Source: Candidatus Xenobia bacterium | GTDB taxonomy: Bacteria; Vulcanimicrobiota; Xenobia; Xenobiales; QWHO01 | Direction of reading: 5' to 3' | Length of the DNA: 64,000 nt | Assembly (NCBI GenBank): GCA_045863235.1 | Contig: BTUM01000003.1 | Span: 32,001-96,000, forward strand | Part shown: positions 27,528 to 37,931 of the stretch, piece after piece | Position numbering within the stretch: position 1 is the stretch's first letter | Layout: every line of letters begins with the position of its first letter | The notes under the pieces: generated by a model | The model's database searches: none | What the model saw: the letters and a program-made list of their open reading frames with translations, nothing else | What the model was told of the DNA's origin: nothing | Translations under genes and position numbers: made by a program

Positions 27528-28136
27528 ATGAAGCTCTACACGAACCCCCGCTCGCGCGGCGTGCGCGTCCACTGGACCCTGGAGGAGCTGGGCGTGCCCT
27601 ACGAGCTGAAGGTCGTGGACATGGCCAGCGGCGAGCACAAGGGAGAGGCCTACCTGAAGATCCACCCCCTGGGCCAGGTGCCCGCTTTCGAGGAGGATGA
27701 CGGCCGCACCATGATCGAGTCGGGCGCCATCTGCGTCTACCTGGCCGACAAGTATCCCGAGAAGGGCCTTGGTCCAGGCAACCAGCCGGCCGAGTATTTC
27801 CAGTGGTGCTTCTACTGCTTTGGCTCGCTGGAGCCGCCCCTCATGGAGACGCTCATGCACACCCAGTGGCTGCCCGAGGACCAGCGCTCGGCTCCGGCGG
27901 CCGAGCGCTCGCAGGCCGCCCTCAAGAAGGTGCTGACCCACCTCGACACCCACCTGCACGGGCGCGAGTTCATGCTCGGCCAGCGCTTCAGCGTGGCCGA
28001 CATCCTGATCGGAGGCACCCTGCAGTGGGCCTCGCAGATGCTGCCGATGGGCGACTATCCGCACCTGCTCGCCTATATCAAGCGGCTCAACGGACGACCG
28101 GCGGTGCAGGCCGTCCACGCGGCCGCGGCCGTCTGA
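27528..28136 (+). CDS. Glutathione S-transferase family protein
   Basis: SRGVRVHWTLEELGVPYE, HPLGQVPA, ESGAICVYLADKY, FSVADI; GAGGAGG upstream. Confidence 0.93.
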   Translation: MKLYTNPRSRGVRVHWTLEELGVPYELKVVDMASGEHKGEAYLKIHPLGQVPAFEEDDGRTMIESGAICVYLADKYPEKGLGPGNQPAEYFQWCFYCFGSLEPPLMETLMHTQWLPEDQRSAPAAERSQAALKKVLTHLDTHLHGREFMLGQRFSVADILIGGTLQWASQMLPMGDYPHLLAYIKRLNGRPAVQAVHAAAAV

Positions 28137-28142
28137 CCTCTG

Positions 28143-28901
28143 GTGGGGGTTCTGTCGGAGGATACCAGCCCCGCGGCCGAGCAAGTTCTCATCCGGCTGT
28201 TGAGAGGCCGCACGGCCTGCGAGCGATTGCATCAGCTCCAGCAGAGCATCCGAGCCGGTCGTCAGCTGCAACAGATGGGCCTCAGGATGCGCCACCCTGA
28301 ATGGTCTCAGGAGCGCATCGAAGCGGAATCGGGAGGCAAGGACTGGATGCAAGCTGACCCTGTCCGTTTGCTGGTTCAGGTAGCCGACATCCTCGCCCGG
28401 TCAGGCATCGACTACTTTGCGACCGGCTCCATCGGCTCTACCCTGTATGGCGAGCCCCGCTATACTCAGGACATCGACCTGGTGGTCTCGCTGAAGCCAG
28501 AGCAGGCGGAAGCTCTCTTCCACCTGGTCGAAAAGGAGTTCTACGCCGACCTGGGCGCCATGCAAGAAGCGATCGCCCACGCGAGCAGCTTCAACTGGAT
28601 CCATCTGGCCACCAACTTCAAGGTCGACCTGCACGTGTCCCGAGGAGACGAGTTCGACCGCTCGCGGTTCGCTCGCTCGCGCGAAGCGGAGGGTTTCCTG
28701 GTAGCCTCGCCCGAGGACGTGCTGCTGGCCAAGCTGCGGTGGTACCGGCTGGGCGGTGAGGTCTCCGACCGCCAGTGGCGCGACATTCTGGGCATCATCC
28801 TGGTCCAGGCCGAGCGCCTCGATCCGGCTTACCTCGAGCACTGGGCCGCCAAGCTGGGGGTGTTGGACCTGCTCGAGCGGGCCCGGCAGCAAGCTGCCTG
28901 A
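28143..28901 (+). CDS. Nucleotidyltransferase-fold protein with small N-terminal helical module in frame
   Basis: TGSIGSTLYGEPRYTQDIDLVV, KVDL, ASPEDVLLAKLRWY, RQWRD, LDPAYLEHWA. Alternative start ATG at 28347. Confidence 0.75.
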   Translation: MGVLSEDTSPAAEQVLIRLLRGRTACERLHQLQQSIRAGRQLQQMGLRMRHPEWSQERIEAESGGKDWMQADPVRLLVQVADILARSGIDYFATGSIGSTLYGEPRYTQDIDLVVSLKPEQAEALFHLVEKEFYADLGAMQEAIAHASSFNWIHLATNFKVDLHVSRGDEFDRSRFARSREAEGFLVASPEDVLLAKLRWYRLGGEVSDRQWRDILGIILVQAERLDPAYLEHWAAKLGVLDLLERARQQAA

Positions 28902-28904
28902 GCG

Positions 28905-29564
28905 TCAGGGCCGAGGGTGCAGGATCAACAGCTCATCGGGCAACTCGTTGACATCGCCTTCCTGGTAGGGCAGGCGCTCTGACAGGAGCTCCGCGGCAGC
29001 TTCGATGGGGGCGATCAGCGCCTGCAGCCGCTGACCCTGGCGCAGCTGTTCCAGGGCCAGATCGCGCAGGCTCTTGAGCTCGTCCTCGGTCAGGGCGGCC
29101 CCCCCGTCGGCCAGCACCACCACCCGGCGCTCGAAGAGACTCAGGTAGATCAGCACCCCGCCGCCTTTGCGCGTGGAGCCGAGCCGGCGCTCAGCGAAGA
29201 CGTGCGAGGCGGCCCGGGCTGTCTCTTCGAGCATCTCGCGCGGGCCAACCAGGGGGGCGCGCAACCCCGGCACATACGTGCCCAGCAGGTTGCCAAGGAG
29301 GTAGCCCAGCACCACCCCGGCTCCCTGGTAGGCCAGCGGCACCGCCACCGGCTCCCAGGAGTCGCTTTGAAAGAAGAGTTGCAGCAAGCTCAGGGCCAAA
29401 AGAGAGCCGGCCAGGCCCAGGATGCCTTCGGCGCGGTCGTAGCGCCCAGACTCGCTGGCCACGGCGCAGACGATCTCGGCCGAGGTGCGCTTTTCGGCGG
29501 CGGCGATGGCCTGGCTGACCTGTCCGGTCTGAGCCGGGTCGAGGAAGGTGCGCGCGTTCACCAA
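28905..29564 (-). CDS. TPM-domain membrane protein
   Basis: AIAAAEKRTSAEIV, GVLIYLSLFERRVVVLAD, NELPD. Confidence 0.85.
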   Translation of the reverse strand: MVNARTFLDPAQTGQVSQAIAAAEKRTSAEIVCAVASESGRYDRAEGILGLAGSLLALSLLQLFFQSDSWEPVAVPLAYQGAGVVLGYLLGNLLGTYVPGLRAPLVGPREMLEETARAASHVFAERRLGSTRKGGGVLIYLSLFERRVVVLADGGAALTEDELKSLRDLALEQLRQGQRLQALIAPIEAAAELLSERLPYQEGDVNELPDELLILHPRP

Positions 29565-30418
29565 CTGCCGGTCGCTCCTCCGCCGCCACCGCTACTTCCC
29601 CACGAGCTGCCGCCCCAGGAGCTGCCGCCCGAGGAGGACGACAGGGTGATCCCGCGACTCCAATAGGGTCTCCTGCGGTTCTGCGGGGTCAGGAACGCAA
29701 ACACGATGACCAGGGCGACATACAAGACGACCGTGCAGAGCGCCACCACGATCACGAAGACTCCCAGCGCGCTGAACAGCAGACGCGTGCTGGCAGACTG
29801 AGAGAAGACGAAGCCTCCCGCCATCAGGGCAACACCCAACCCTACCAGCAAGATGGCATAAGGTCGAGGGATGTCGCTCATCGAGAAGATGGAGTTGGTT
29901 CGCTCGGTCAGCTCCTCCTGCCAGGGTCTTCCGGGGGGCGAGGCTCCCGGGCCTGCCTGCTGCATCTCGACCAACCGGTCAGTGCCCTGCCAGATTCCCT
30001 GGTCATAGGCGGAAGCTTTGAAGCTGGGCACGATGTCGTTCTCCATCACCCGCCGGCAGTGGCCGTCCCAGCGCTTGGGCCAGTTGCTGCCCAGTTGGAT
30101 GCGGCACTTGCGGTCGCCCACCGCCACCAGGAAGAGCACGTCCTGCGAGGCCAGATGCCAGCGCCGAAACCAGTCGGCGGCCAGGCTTTCCACGCTGCTG
30201 CTGCCGTAGGGCGCCATGCTGGCGATGGTGACGACCACCACCTCGCGATTCGTCTCCTGGTAGAGCTTCTGCAGCTTCGAATTGAGCTCTTTCTGGCGCG
30301 CGTCATCAAGCAGATTGGCGTAGTCGAAGACGGACACGTTGGGGGCCCGTAGCGGGAACTCGGCCAGAGCCCAGACGCCCACGCAGAGCGCCAGGGCCAA
30401 CAGCAGGCGCCGACTCAT
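29558..30418 (-). CDS. TPM-domain (DUF477/YgcG-like) protein
   Basis: Signal peptide, VFDYANLL, VVVVTI, VLFLVAVGDRK, IVPSFK, TM helices, GG-rich tail GGGGGATGSW. Confidence 0.88.
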   Translation of the reverse strand: MSRRLLLALALCVGVWALAEFPLRAPNVSVFDYANLLDDARQKELNSKLQKLYQETNREVVVVTIASMAPYGSSSVESLAADWFRRWHLASQDVLFLVAVGDRKCRIQLGSNWPKRWDGHCRRVMENDIVPSFKASAYDQGIWQGTDRLVEMQQAGPGASPPGRPWQEELTERTNSIFSMSDIPRPYAILLVGLGVALMAGGFVFSQSASTRLLFSALGVFVIVVALCTVVLYVALVIVFAFLTPQNRRRPYWSRGITLSSSSGGSSWGGSSWGSSGGGGGATGSW

Positions 30419-31476
30419 GCGCCGCGCTTCTTGATGCGCACGCCGCCCACGTTGAGCTGCCCGCCTTGCTCCTGGATTCCGGCGCTCTGGGCAGCCGATG
30501 GCTGGACGCGAACGATCTCTTCGTTGGCCGGGCGTTCATAGCGCTCGAGGGTCTCGGCGCCGGGCTGGCCACCCTGCAACTCGTCGGGTCTGAGCAGCAG
30601 GGGGATCTCCTCTCGCCCGCCGAGTCGGTCGCGGGCGTGCTCGCTCACGGAGTTGGGATCAAGCTCGGGCACTTGAGAGCGGTCCACGTGCAAGACGCCG
30701 TTCTCGTCAAGCCGGGCCGGCACGCGCACGTGTTCGAGCGTGCCCCGGGGCCAGGACTGACCCTTCTTGATGGGCGGGCGGTTCATGCGAAACTCGAACC
30801 CGAAGGCCTGGCCGTCCGGGGTGATCACGTAGGTATTGGCCACGTAGGCAAAGGGAAGCAGCGACTTCATGGCCTTGAGCTCGTCGGGAAGCACTCTCTC
30901 GTCGCTGCCGTTGAGGGAGGCACCGTGGCTCTTATCCACCAGAAAGATGGTTCCGTTGGGAGCGATTTCCTGGACCACCCCGGCCGAGGACCACTGGCTC
31001 AGAACCAGGCTGGAGTCCGCGTTGTAGGGGAGACGCTCGATGTGGGTCTCCTCGTAGCGCCGCGACGACCCGTCCGGCCTTTGAATCTCCAGGGCGCGCT
31101 CGGTCGAATGCTCCACCACCGATACGCCCGAGGTCAGGTCCACCCTCTGCTCGAGTTGCTCGTGCTTGGGCCGCAGGGCCTTCTCCACGACTTTGGCCTG
31201 CTCCTCGACGGTAAAGTTCTGGGGACCCTGAACCTCGGCAAAGAGGGCCTCGGGACCGGTCAGCGCGGTGGTGCGATGGGTGGACTCGGTGCCGTAGAAC
31301 AGCCCGGTCTCATGGACCTGACGGTGGTGCCGATCAACCACCGTGCGCTGGTCGCTGGTGGAGCGCAGTTCCTCGGAGGCCTGGTGAATCTGCTCGCGGC
31401 GCGCCTCCTCCTGCTCGAGCTTGCGCCGCTCCTCGAAGGTCAATTGGCGTGTCGGTCGCGGCCCCCGGATATTCAT
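30415..31476 (-). CDS. Hypothetical protein with C-terminal GG-V-R motif
   Basis: Start MNIRGPRP; ends AGIQEQGGQLNVGGVRIKKRGA; ATGA overlap with the TPM gene. Confidence 0.72.
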   Translation of the reverse strand: MNIRGPRPTRQLTFEERRKLEQEEARREQIHQASEELRSTSDQRTVVDRHHRQVHETGLFYGTESTHRTTALTGPEALFAEVQGPQNFTVEEQAKVVEKALRPKHEQLEQRVDLTSGVSVVEHSTERALEIQRPDGSSRRYEETHIERLPYNADSSLVLSQWSSAGVVQEIAPNGTIFLVDKSHGASLNGSDERVLPDELKAMKSLLPFAYVANTYVITPDGQAFGFEFRMNRPPIKKGQSWPRGTLEHVRVPARLDENGVLHVDRSQVPELDPNSVSEHARDRLGGREEIPLLLRPDELQGGQPGAETLERYERPANEEIVRVQPSAAQSAGIQEQGGQLNVGGVRIKKRGA

Positions 31477-31571
31477 CGCTAAATGATTCCACGCCGGAGA
31501 GCCGCCAGCCTGCTCAGATCCCCCATCTGTCCTATTGCTCCGCCCCACCAGGTTGAAGTACATTCCGCTGA

Positions 31572-32150
31572 GTGAACGTTCAGTCAACCAGAGCCGAGCG
31601 AGCCGAAGAACGCAAGGTCCAGCTGATCCAGCTGGCCATGACCCTGTTTGCCGAGGAGGGCTGGGCGGGCACGAGCATGCGCAAGCTGGCCCAGAGGGCC
31701 AGGGTGTCGCAGGGGCTGATCTACCACTACTTCAGCTCCAAGGAGGAGCTGCTCTTGCAGGTGGCCGACCACTACAGCCTGGCCCCCGTCCTGGGCAGCA
31801 TCGTTCAGGCTCAGGAGGGCAGACCGGTCCGCGAGGGCCTGTTGACCATCTGCCGCGAGCTCTACGCCCACCTTTGCGAGCGGCGCGACATCTACTGGAT
31901 CTTGTTCCGCGAAACCAACAACCATCCCGAGCTGTGCGCCCGGCTCGAAGGCACGCGCTGTGATTTCATCGAGCACCTGAAGGCTTACTTGCAGACCGGG
32001 ATCGAGGCGGGTGAGCTGAAGAGCCACAACAGCCAGGTTCTGGCCGAATGCCTGCTGCGGGTGCTGTTCCTGGCGAGCCTGGACTCGGATCCGCCCGAGC
32101 CGCTCATCGAGGTCTTCCTGGATGCCATTCTCGGAGGGCTGCTGCGTTGA
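31572..32150 (+). CDS. TetR/AcrR family transcriptional regulator
   Basis: AMTLFAEEGWAGTSMRKLAQRARVSQGLIYHYFSSKEELL helix-turn-helix. Confidence 0.93.
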   Translation: MNVQSTRAERAEERKVQLIQLAMTLFAEEGWAGTSMRKLAQRARVSQGLIYHYFSSKEELLLQVADHYSLAPVLGSIVQAQEGRPVREGLLTICRELYAHLCERRDIYWILFRETNNHPELCARLEGTRCDFIEHLKAYLQTGIEAGELKSHNSQVLAECLLRVLFLASLDSDPPEPLIEVFLDAILGGLLR

Positions 32151-33580
32151 GAGCCCTGTTGCTCTGCTTTCTGTTGCTGTTGCCAGTCCAGGCTCAAGGG
32201 CCCGCCCTGCCCGACGCCGGCCAGGCCGCGCCCTCGGCCAGCCCTGCCCCGGGCCAGGTCGCGCCCGGCGCGACGCCGCAGCCAGGCGCCGCGCCGGACC
32301 CTGATCCCGACCAGCCGACCCGGCTCGACGTCACCCAGGCCGTCACCCTGGCGCTCCAGGCCAGCCCTACCCTGGCCGAGTATCGCGCCCGGGTGCGCGA
32401 GGCGGCCTATCGCATCGACGAGGCCAGCTCGGGCTACTTTCCCCGACTCGGATTTCAGGCCGGCTACACCAACATCCAGCCCGAGGTGTCCTTCCCCGGC
32501 GATGACGGCAGCACGATCCTCATCACCCCGACCAACAACTACAACGTGCGACTGGTGCTCGACCAGGCCATCTATACCTTCGGCAGGCTGGAGTGGGCCA
32601 CGGCCGCGGCCGAGCTGACCGAGTTGTCCATCCGCCAACAGTACCGGCGCGAGATCGAGAACCTCATGCTGACCACCGCCCTGGAGTTCGGGGCCGCCAT
32701 ACTGGCCAGCCAGGCGGTGGAGATCGCTCTGGCCAACCTCAAGGCCCGCGAGCTCCAGCTGCGCGACGCCCAGACTTTGTTTGAGGCCGGCAAGGTGGCG
32801 CGCTTTGACGTGTTGCGAGGCGAGACCGACCTCTCCAATGCCCGCCAAACCGTGATCCAGGCACAAACCCGCTTCAACCTGGCCAACGCCCGCCTGCTCA
32901 GCCGGCTCAACCTGCCGCCAACCCATAAGCTCGAGCTGATCCCGCTCAGCGTCGAGCGAACCTTCGAGCCCGACCACGTGGCCGGGCGCGAGCAGGCGGC
33001 CAGGGACCGCCCCGAGCTGCAGGCGCTGGACTTTGCCATCCAGGCAGCCGAAGCCCGGGTCAACCTGGCCGGAGCCGAGCTGCACCCCAACCTGAGCCTG
33101 CGCACCCTGGCCGAGCACCGCACCGCCAGCGGCTTCACCCCCTCCCAGCAGGTGACCACCGGTCTGGTGCTGGACATCCCCATCTTCGACGGCGGCCTGA
33201 CCCCGGCCCGGGTGGCCCAGGGCAAGGAGGTGGTGGAGCAGCTCACCCAGAGCCGCGAGGAGACCCGCCGGGCGGTGCTTCTCGAGGTCGATCAGGCCTA
33301 TCTCGATCTGATCTCGGCTCAGGAGCAGCTCAAAGTCGCCCAGCAGACAACGATTCAGGCCACCGAGGCCGAGCGGGTGGCCCAGGTGCGCTATCGCTCC
33401 GGAGTCTCCACCAGCCTGGAGCTGCAGGACGCCATCACCGAGCTGAGCCGGGCCCGCTTCGGGGAGGCTACTGCCGAGTTCGACTTCTTCTCGGCCCAGT
33501 GCCGATGGTACCGGGCCGTGTCGGGGAAGAGCCCCATCCCCATCCCCGACGCGCTCTACGAAAGGACCTCGCCCGAATGA
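32147..33580 (+). CDS. TolC-family outer membrane efflux protein
   Basis: Signal peptide MRALLLCFLLLLPVQA; ALQASPTL, YFPRL, RPELQA, IPIFDGG, RYRSGVSTSLEL. Confidence 0.9.
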   Translation: MRALLLCFLLLLPVQAQGPALPDAGQAAPSASPAPGQVAPGATPQPGAAPDPDPDQPTRLDVTQAVTLALQASPTLAEYRARVREAAYRIDEASSGYFPRLGFQAGYTNIQPEVSFPGDDGSTILITPTNNYNVRLVLDQAIYTFGRLEWATAAAELTELSIRQQYRREIENLMLTTALEFGAAILASQAVEIALANLKARELQLRDAQTLFEAGKVARFDVLRGETDLSNARQTVIQAQTRFNLANARLLSRLNLPPTHKLELIPLSVERTFEPDHVAGREQAARDRPELQALDFAIQAAEARVNLAGAELHPNLSLRTLAEHRTASGFTPSQQVTTGLVLDIPIFDGGLTPARVAQGKEVVEQLTQSREETRRAVLLEVDQAYLDLISAQEQLKVAQQTTIQATEAERVAQVRYRSGVSTSLELQDAITELSRARFGEATAEFDFFSAQCRWYRAVSGKSPIPIPDALYERTSPE

Positions 33581-34866
33581 GACGATTGCTCATCCTCGCA
33601 ATGCTCTGCGCTGGCTGCGGCGGCTCGCCTCAGTCGACGGCCCCCACCGAGCCCCCGCCGGTGGCGGTCAGCCAGGCCGTGGTGCAGGCCGGCCAGTTGC
33701 CCGAGTACCTCGAGCTGACCGGACATCTGCGCTCGCTCGACCGGGCCGAGATCAGCTCGAAGATCAGCGGGCGGGTGGACGCGGTGCGGGTGCGCGAGGG
33801 AGATCGGGTCACGGCCGGAATGCCCCTGGTCGTGCTCGACTCGCGCGACCTGAACGCCCAGGTCGTGCAGGCCTCGGCCCAGATCGACGTAGCCTCGGCC
33901 ACACTCAAGGAGAGCCAGACCAGCGTGGGCCTGACGGCAGCCGATGTCAGCACAGCCCTGCGCAACGCCCAGCAGGGAGTCATCCAGGCCGAGGCCGAGG
34001 AAGCCAAGGCTCGAGCCGACCTGGCCGACGCCCGTCTCAACCTCGAGCGCGAGAAAAGCCTCTTCAAGCAGGATGCGGTTCCCAAGATCCAGGTGGAGCA
34101 GGCCGAGTTGCGCGCCAGGCTGGCCGAGCGAACCGTGGAGTCGGCCCGGGCCGCGGTCAAGGTGGCCCGTCAGCAGGTCGAGCTGGCCCGCGCCAATCAG
34201 TCGCGCCAGCAGCTCAGCCTGGACCAGGTGGGCGGAGCCCGGGCCGGGGTGACGGCCGCCCAGGCGGGCCTGAACACGGCCCTGGTGATGCAGGAATATG
34301 CCGTGCTCAGCTCCCCCATCGACGGCTATGTCATCCAGCGCGCCGTCGAGCCAGGTCAGATCGTGGGCCCGGGCGATCCCCCCATGCTGACCGTCGTGGA
34401 CAACAGCCGGCTGGAGCTTCTGGCCAGCGCTCCCGAATCGTTTGCCGCCTTCTTCAAGCCCGGCATGGCGGCGGAGGTGACCACCGACCTCTATCCCGAG
34501 CGCACGTTCTCAGGCCGGATCCGCCAGCTGGTGCCCTCGGCCGACCCCTCCACCCATGCGGTCAAGCTGCGCCTGGAGGTGAGCGACCGGGGCCGCCTCT
34601 TCGACGGAACCTACGTCAAAGCGCGTCTCAAGGTGCGTGACCACGTGGGGGTGCTGGTGCCCCGCCTGGCGGTGCAGCGCCGCAAGGACGAGGTCTATGT
34701 GCTGCTCGTTGAGGGCGACAAAGCCAGGAAACAGCCCGTCAAGGTGGCCTTCGAGGGGCCCACCCAGGCCATCGTCACCGAGGGCCTGAAGAGCGGCACG
34801 GCGGTCGTCACTGCCGGCTCGGAGGGACTGACGGACGGTCAGAAGATCAAGGTGGAGAATCGGTGA
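33577..34866 (+). CDS. RND efflux periplasmic adaptor (MFP) lipoprotein
   Basis: Lipobox CAGC; ISSKISGRV..V.VREGDRV, coiled coil, SPIDGYV, EGLKSG. Confidence 0.92.
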   Translation: MRRLLILAMLCAGCGGSPQSTAPTEPPPVAVSQAVVQAGQLPEYLELTGHLRSLDRAEISSKISGRVDAVRVREGDRVTAGMPLVVLDSRDLNAQVVQASAQIDVASATLKESQTSVGLTAADVSTALRNAQQGVIQAEAEEAKARADLADARLNLEREKSLFKQDAVPKIQVEQAELRARLAERTVESARAAVKVARQQVELARANQSRQQLSLDQVGGARAGVTAAQAGLNTALVMQEYAVLSSPIDGYVIQRAVEPGQIVGPGDPPMLTVVDNSRLELLASAPESFAAFFKPGMAAEVTTDLYPERTFSGRIRQLVPSADPSTHAVKLRLEVSDRGRLFDGTYVKARLKVRDHVGVLVPRLAVQRRKDEVYVLLVEGDKARKQPVKVAFEGPTQAIVTEGLKSGTAVVTAGSEGLTDGQKIKVENR

Positions 34867-37800
34867 GCATCTGGGAATTTTGCATCCGACGCCCGGTCTT
34901 CACGATCACCTTGATCGTGACCATGCTGGCCTTCGGGGTGCTCGGCTACACCCGCATGGGCATCGACCTCTACCCTCGCATCGAGCCGCCCGTGGTGGCC
35001 GTCAGCACCATCTTGCAGGGGGCCAGCCCGGAGGTGATGGACCAGGACGTCACCCGGGTGATCGAAGAGCAGGTGGGCACGCTGGAAGGCGTGGAGGTCA
35101 TCACCTCCACCTCCTCCGAGAGCCGCTCGGACGTGACCATCCAGTTCAAGCTCAGCCGCGACCTCGACGCTGCTGCCCAGGAGGTGCGCGACCGGGTGGG
35201 GGTGGCGGCCCTGCGGCTGCCCCCCGACATCGAGCCCCCCATCGTGCAGAAGATCGACCCCGACGCCCAGGCGGTCATGTGGCTCTCGGTCAGCGGCAAC
35301 GGCCCCTACGCCGAGCTCAGCTACTACTCCGAGAAGGTCATCAAGGAGCGTCTTCAGACCCAGCCCGGAGTGGGTGCGGTGGAGCTGGGGGGGTTTCAGA
35401 AGAAGGCCATCCGGGTGTGGGTCGATCCCGATCGCCTGCGCAGCTTCCGGCTCGGGCCCGCCGACGTGGTCAACGCCCTGCAGGCCTGGCAGCTCGAGCT
35501 CCCCGGGGGGCGCACCGAGACCGAGGTATCCGAGTCCACCATCAAGGTGGAGGGCGAATACAAGACCATCGAGGGCCTCTCCAGCCTGATCGTCAAGCAG
35601 GAGAACGGTGCCCTGGTGCGCCTGTCGGACCTGTCGCAGGTGGAGGACGGCCTGGAGGATCTGCGAGGCGCCTGCCGCTACAACGAAAAGCAGTCCATCG
35701 GGCTGGGCATTCTCAAGCAATCGGGCGGCAACACCGTGGCGGTCTGCGAGGCCGTCAAAGCGGCCCTGCCCGAGATAAGAGAGCAGATTCCCGACTGGAT
35801 CCACGTCGACGTGGCCTACGACGCCTCCCCATCCATCCGGGCCTCCATCGAGGGGGTGCAGTTCGACGTGCTCTTCGGAGCCCTCTTCACCTGCCTGGTG
35901 ATCGGCCTGTTCCTGCGCGACTGGCGCAGCACCCTGATCAGCGTGCTGGCCATCCCCACCTCGCTGGTCAGCTACTTCTTCCTGGCCGAGCGGCTCGGCT
36001 TCACCATCAACCAGATGACCATGCTGGGAATGTCTCTGGCGGTGGGCCTGGTGATCGACGACGCCATCGTGGTCATCGAGAGCATCCACCGGCGCCTTGA
36101 TCTCGGCGACGACGCCTTCGAGGCGGCCCGGCGAGGCACCGGCGAGGTGGCCTTCGCGGTCATCGCGGCCACCCTGGCCATCGGGGCCATCTTCTTGCCC
36201 ATCACCTTCATCAGCGGAGTGATCGGGCAGTTCTTCATCCCCTTCGGGCTGACCGTGGCCGTGACCATCCTGCTCAGCCTGGTGGTCTCGCTGACGCTGA
36301 CCCCGATGCTGGGGGCGCGACTGATGCGCAAGGAAGCCACCGAAGGGTGGCTGGCGCGCGCGCTGGCCTGGCCGGTAGAGACGCTGGAGTCGCTCTATCG
36401 CCGAGTGCTGGCGGTCAGCATCCACAACCTGTTCACGCGCCTGGTCACCCTGGCCATCGCCCTGGGAATCTTCGTGCTCAGCCTGGGCGCGGCCAGTCGC
36501 CTGGGAACAGAGTTCATGCCCGCCACCGACTCGGGCAACTTCCTGGTCTTCTTCAAGACGCCCCTGGGCAGCTCGCTGGAACTGACCAGCAAGCGCATCG
36601 AGGCGGCCGAGAAGATCGTGCTGGGGCGCAAAGAGGTGGAGGGAGCCTTCATGGCCATCGGCCTCTTCGACGGCCAGCCCAACTCGGGGCTCTTCTTTGC
36701 CACGCTGGTGCCCCGCGAGAAGCGCGACAAGTCGCAGCAGGAGCTGATGAGCGAGCTGCGCGGTCAACTGGCCGACATTCCCGGCCTGCAATCCTTCGTG
36801 GTGGCCAACGACCCGCTGCTGGTGGGCGCCGGCGCCACCCGCTCCACCGACATCGCCTACGTGATGCTGGGCCCCGACCTGGCCGACCTGGAGCGCTTCT
36901 CCGACGCCATCAAGCAGAAGATGATCGAGTCAGGCTCGTTCGTGGACGTGGACGACGATCTCGAGCTCTCGCGCCCCCAGGTGGATGTGGAGCTCAACCG
37001 CGAGGCGGCCGCCGACCTCGGGCTCAACACCCGGGACATCTCACTGGCCGTGCAGGTGATGATGGGCGGGCTGAACGCCGCCAAGTTCCAGGAAGGTGGC
37101 GATCGCTACGATATCCGCGTCAAGGCCCGCGATAGCTTCCGCCTGACCTCGGACAACATCGGACGCATCGCGGTGCGCACCCCCTCAGGGGGGATGGTGG
37201 ATCTGGCCTCGGTGCTCACCGTCAAGGACGGCCTCGGCCCCAACCAGATCAATCGCTACAACCAGCAGCGCTCGGTCACCATCAGCGCCAACGTCAAGGG
37301 GATCGCGGCCGGCGAGGGTACCGAGAAGTTCCTGGCCATCTGCCACGAGGTCATCGAAGGCAATCCCCAGTATTCCCTGGTGCCCACCGGCCAGTCCAAG
37401 CTCTTCCGCGAGGCGGCCGCCTACCTGGGATTCGCCTTCATCATGGCCTTCCTGGTCGTCTACGGAGTGCTGGCTATGCAGTTCGAGTCTTTCGTGCACC
37501 CCTTCACCGTGATGCTGACCGTGCCGCTGGCAACCATCGGCGTCTTCTTCGCCCTCTTCCTCACCGGGGCCACCGTCAACGTCTACAGCTTCATCGGCGT
37601 CATCATGCTGAGCGGCATCGTGACCCGTAACGCCATCCTGCTCATCGACCGCATCAACCAGCGCCGCGATCTGGGCCAGGACCTGCGCTCAGCCGTGCTC
37701 GAAGCCGGGCCGATCCGCCTGCGCCCCATCTTGATGACCTCCATCGCAGCCGCCGTGGGCATCCTGCCGGTGGCCCTGGGCCTCTCGGAGGGCGGGGAGG

Positions 37801-37931
37801 CGCGCGCCCCGATGGGCATCGCCGTGATCGGAGGGCTGTGCACCTCGACCTTCCTGACCCTGTTCGTCATCCCGTGCGTCTACATGCTGCTCGACTTCCT
37901 GGGCGGCAAGCGCAGTCACTCGAGAGCATAG
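34863..37931 (+). CDS. RND efflux permease (AcrB/MdtB/C family)
   Basis: FCIRRPVF, GASPE, AIPTSL, VGLVIDDAIVVIE, SLTLTPML, RLRPILMTS, PMGIAVIGG. Confidence 0.95.
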   Translation: MSIWEFCIRRPVFTITLIVTMLAFGVLGYTRMGIDLYPRIEPPVVAVSTILQGASPEVMDQDVTRVIEEQVGTLEGVEVITSTSSESRSDVTIQFKLSRDLDAAAQEVRDRVGVAALRLPPDIEPPIVQKIDPDAQAVMWLSVSGNGPYAELSYYSEKVIKERLQTQPGVGAVELGGFQKKAIRVWVDPDRLRSFRLGPADVVNALQAWQLELPGGRTETEVSESTIKVEGEYKTIEGLSSLIVKQENGALVRLSDLSQVEDGLEDLRGACRYNEKQSIGLGILKQSGGNTVAVCEAVKAALPEIREQIPDWIHVDVAYDASPSIRASIEGVQFDVLFGALFTCLVIGLFLRDWRSTLISVLAIPTSLVSYFFLAERLGFTINQMTMLGMSLAVGLVIDDAIVVIESIHRRLDLGDDAFEAARRGTGEVAFAVIAATLAIGAIFLPITFISGVIGQFFIPFGLTVAVTILLSLVVSLTLTPMLGARLMRKEATEGWLARALAWPVETLESLYRRVLAVSIHNLFTRLVTLAIALGIFVLSLGAASRLGTEFMPATDSGNFLVFFKTPLGSSLELTSKRIEAAEKIVLGRKEVEGAFMAIGLFDGQPNSGLFFATLVPREKRDKSQQELMSELRGQLADIPGLQSFVVANDPLLVGAGATRSTDIAYVMLGPDLADLERFSDAIKQKMIESGSFVDVDDDLELSRPQVDVELNREAAADLGLNTRDISLAVQVMMGGLNAAKFQEGGDRYDIRVKARDSFRLTSDNIGRIAVRTPSGGMVDLASVLTVKDGLGPNQINRYNQQRSVTISANVKGIAAGEGTEKFLAICHEVIEGNPQYSLVPTGQSKLFREAAAYLGFAFIMAFLVVYGVLAMQFESFVHPFTVMLTVPLATIGVFFALFLTGATVNVYSFIGVIMLSGIVTRNAILLIDRINQRRDLGQDLRSAVLEAGPIRLRPILMTSIAAAVGILPVALGLSEGGEARAPMGIAVIGGLCTSTFLTLFVIPCVYMLLDFLGGKRSHSRA

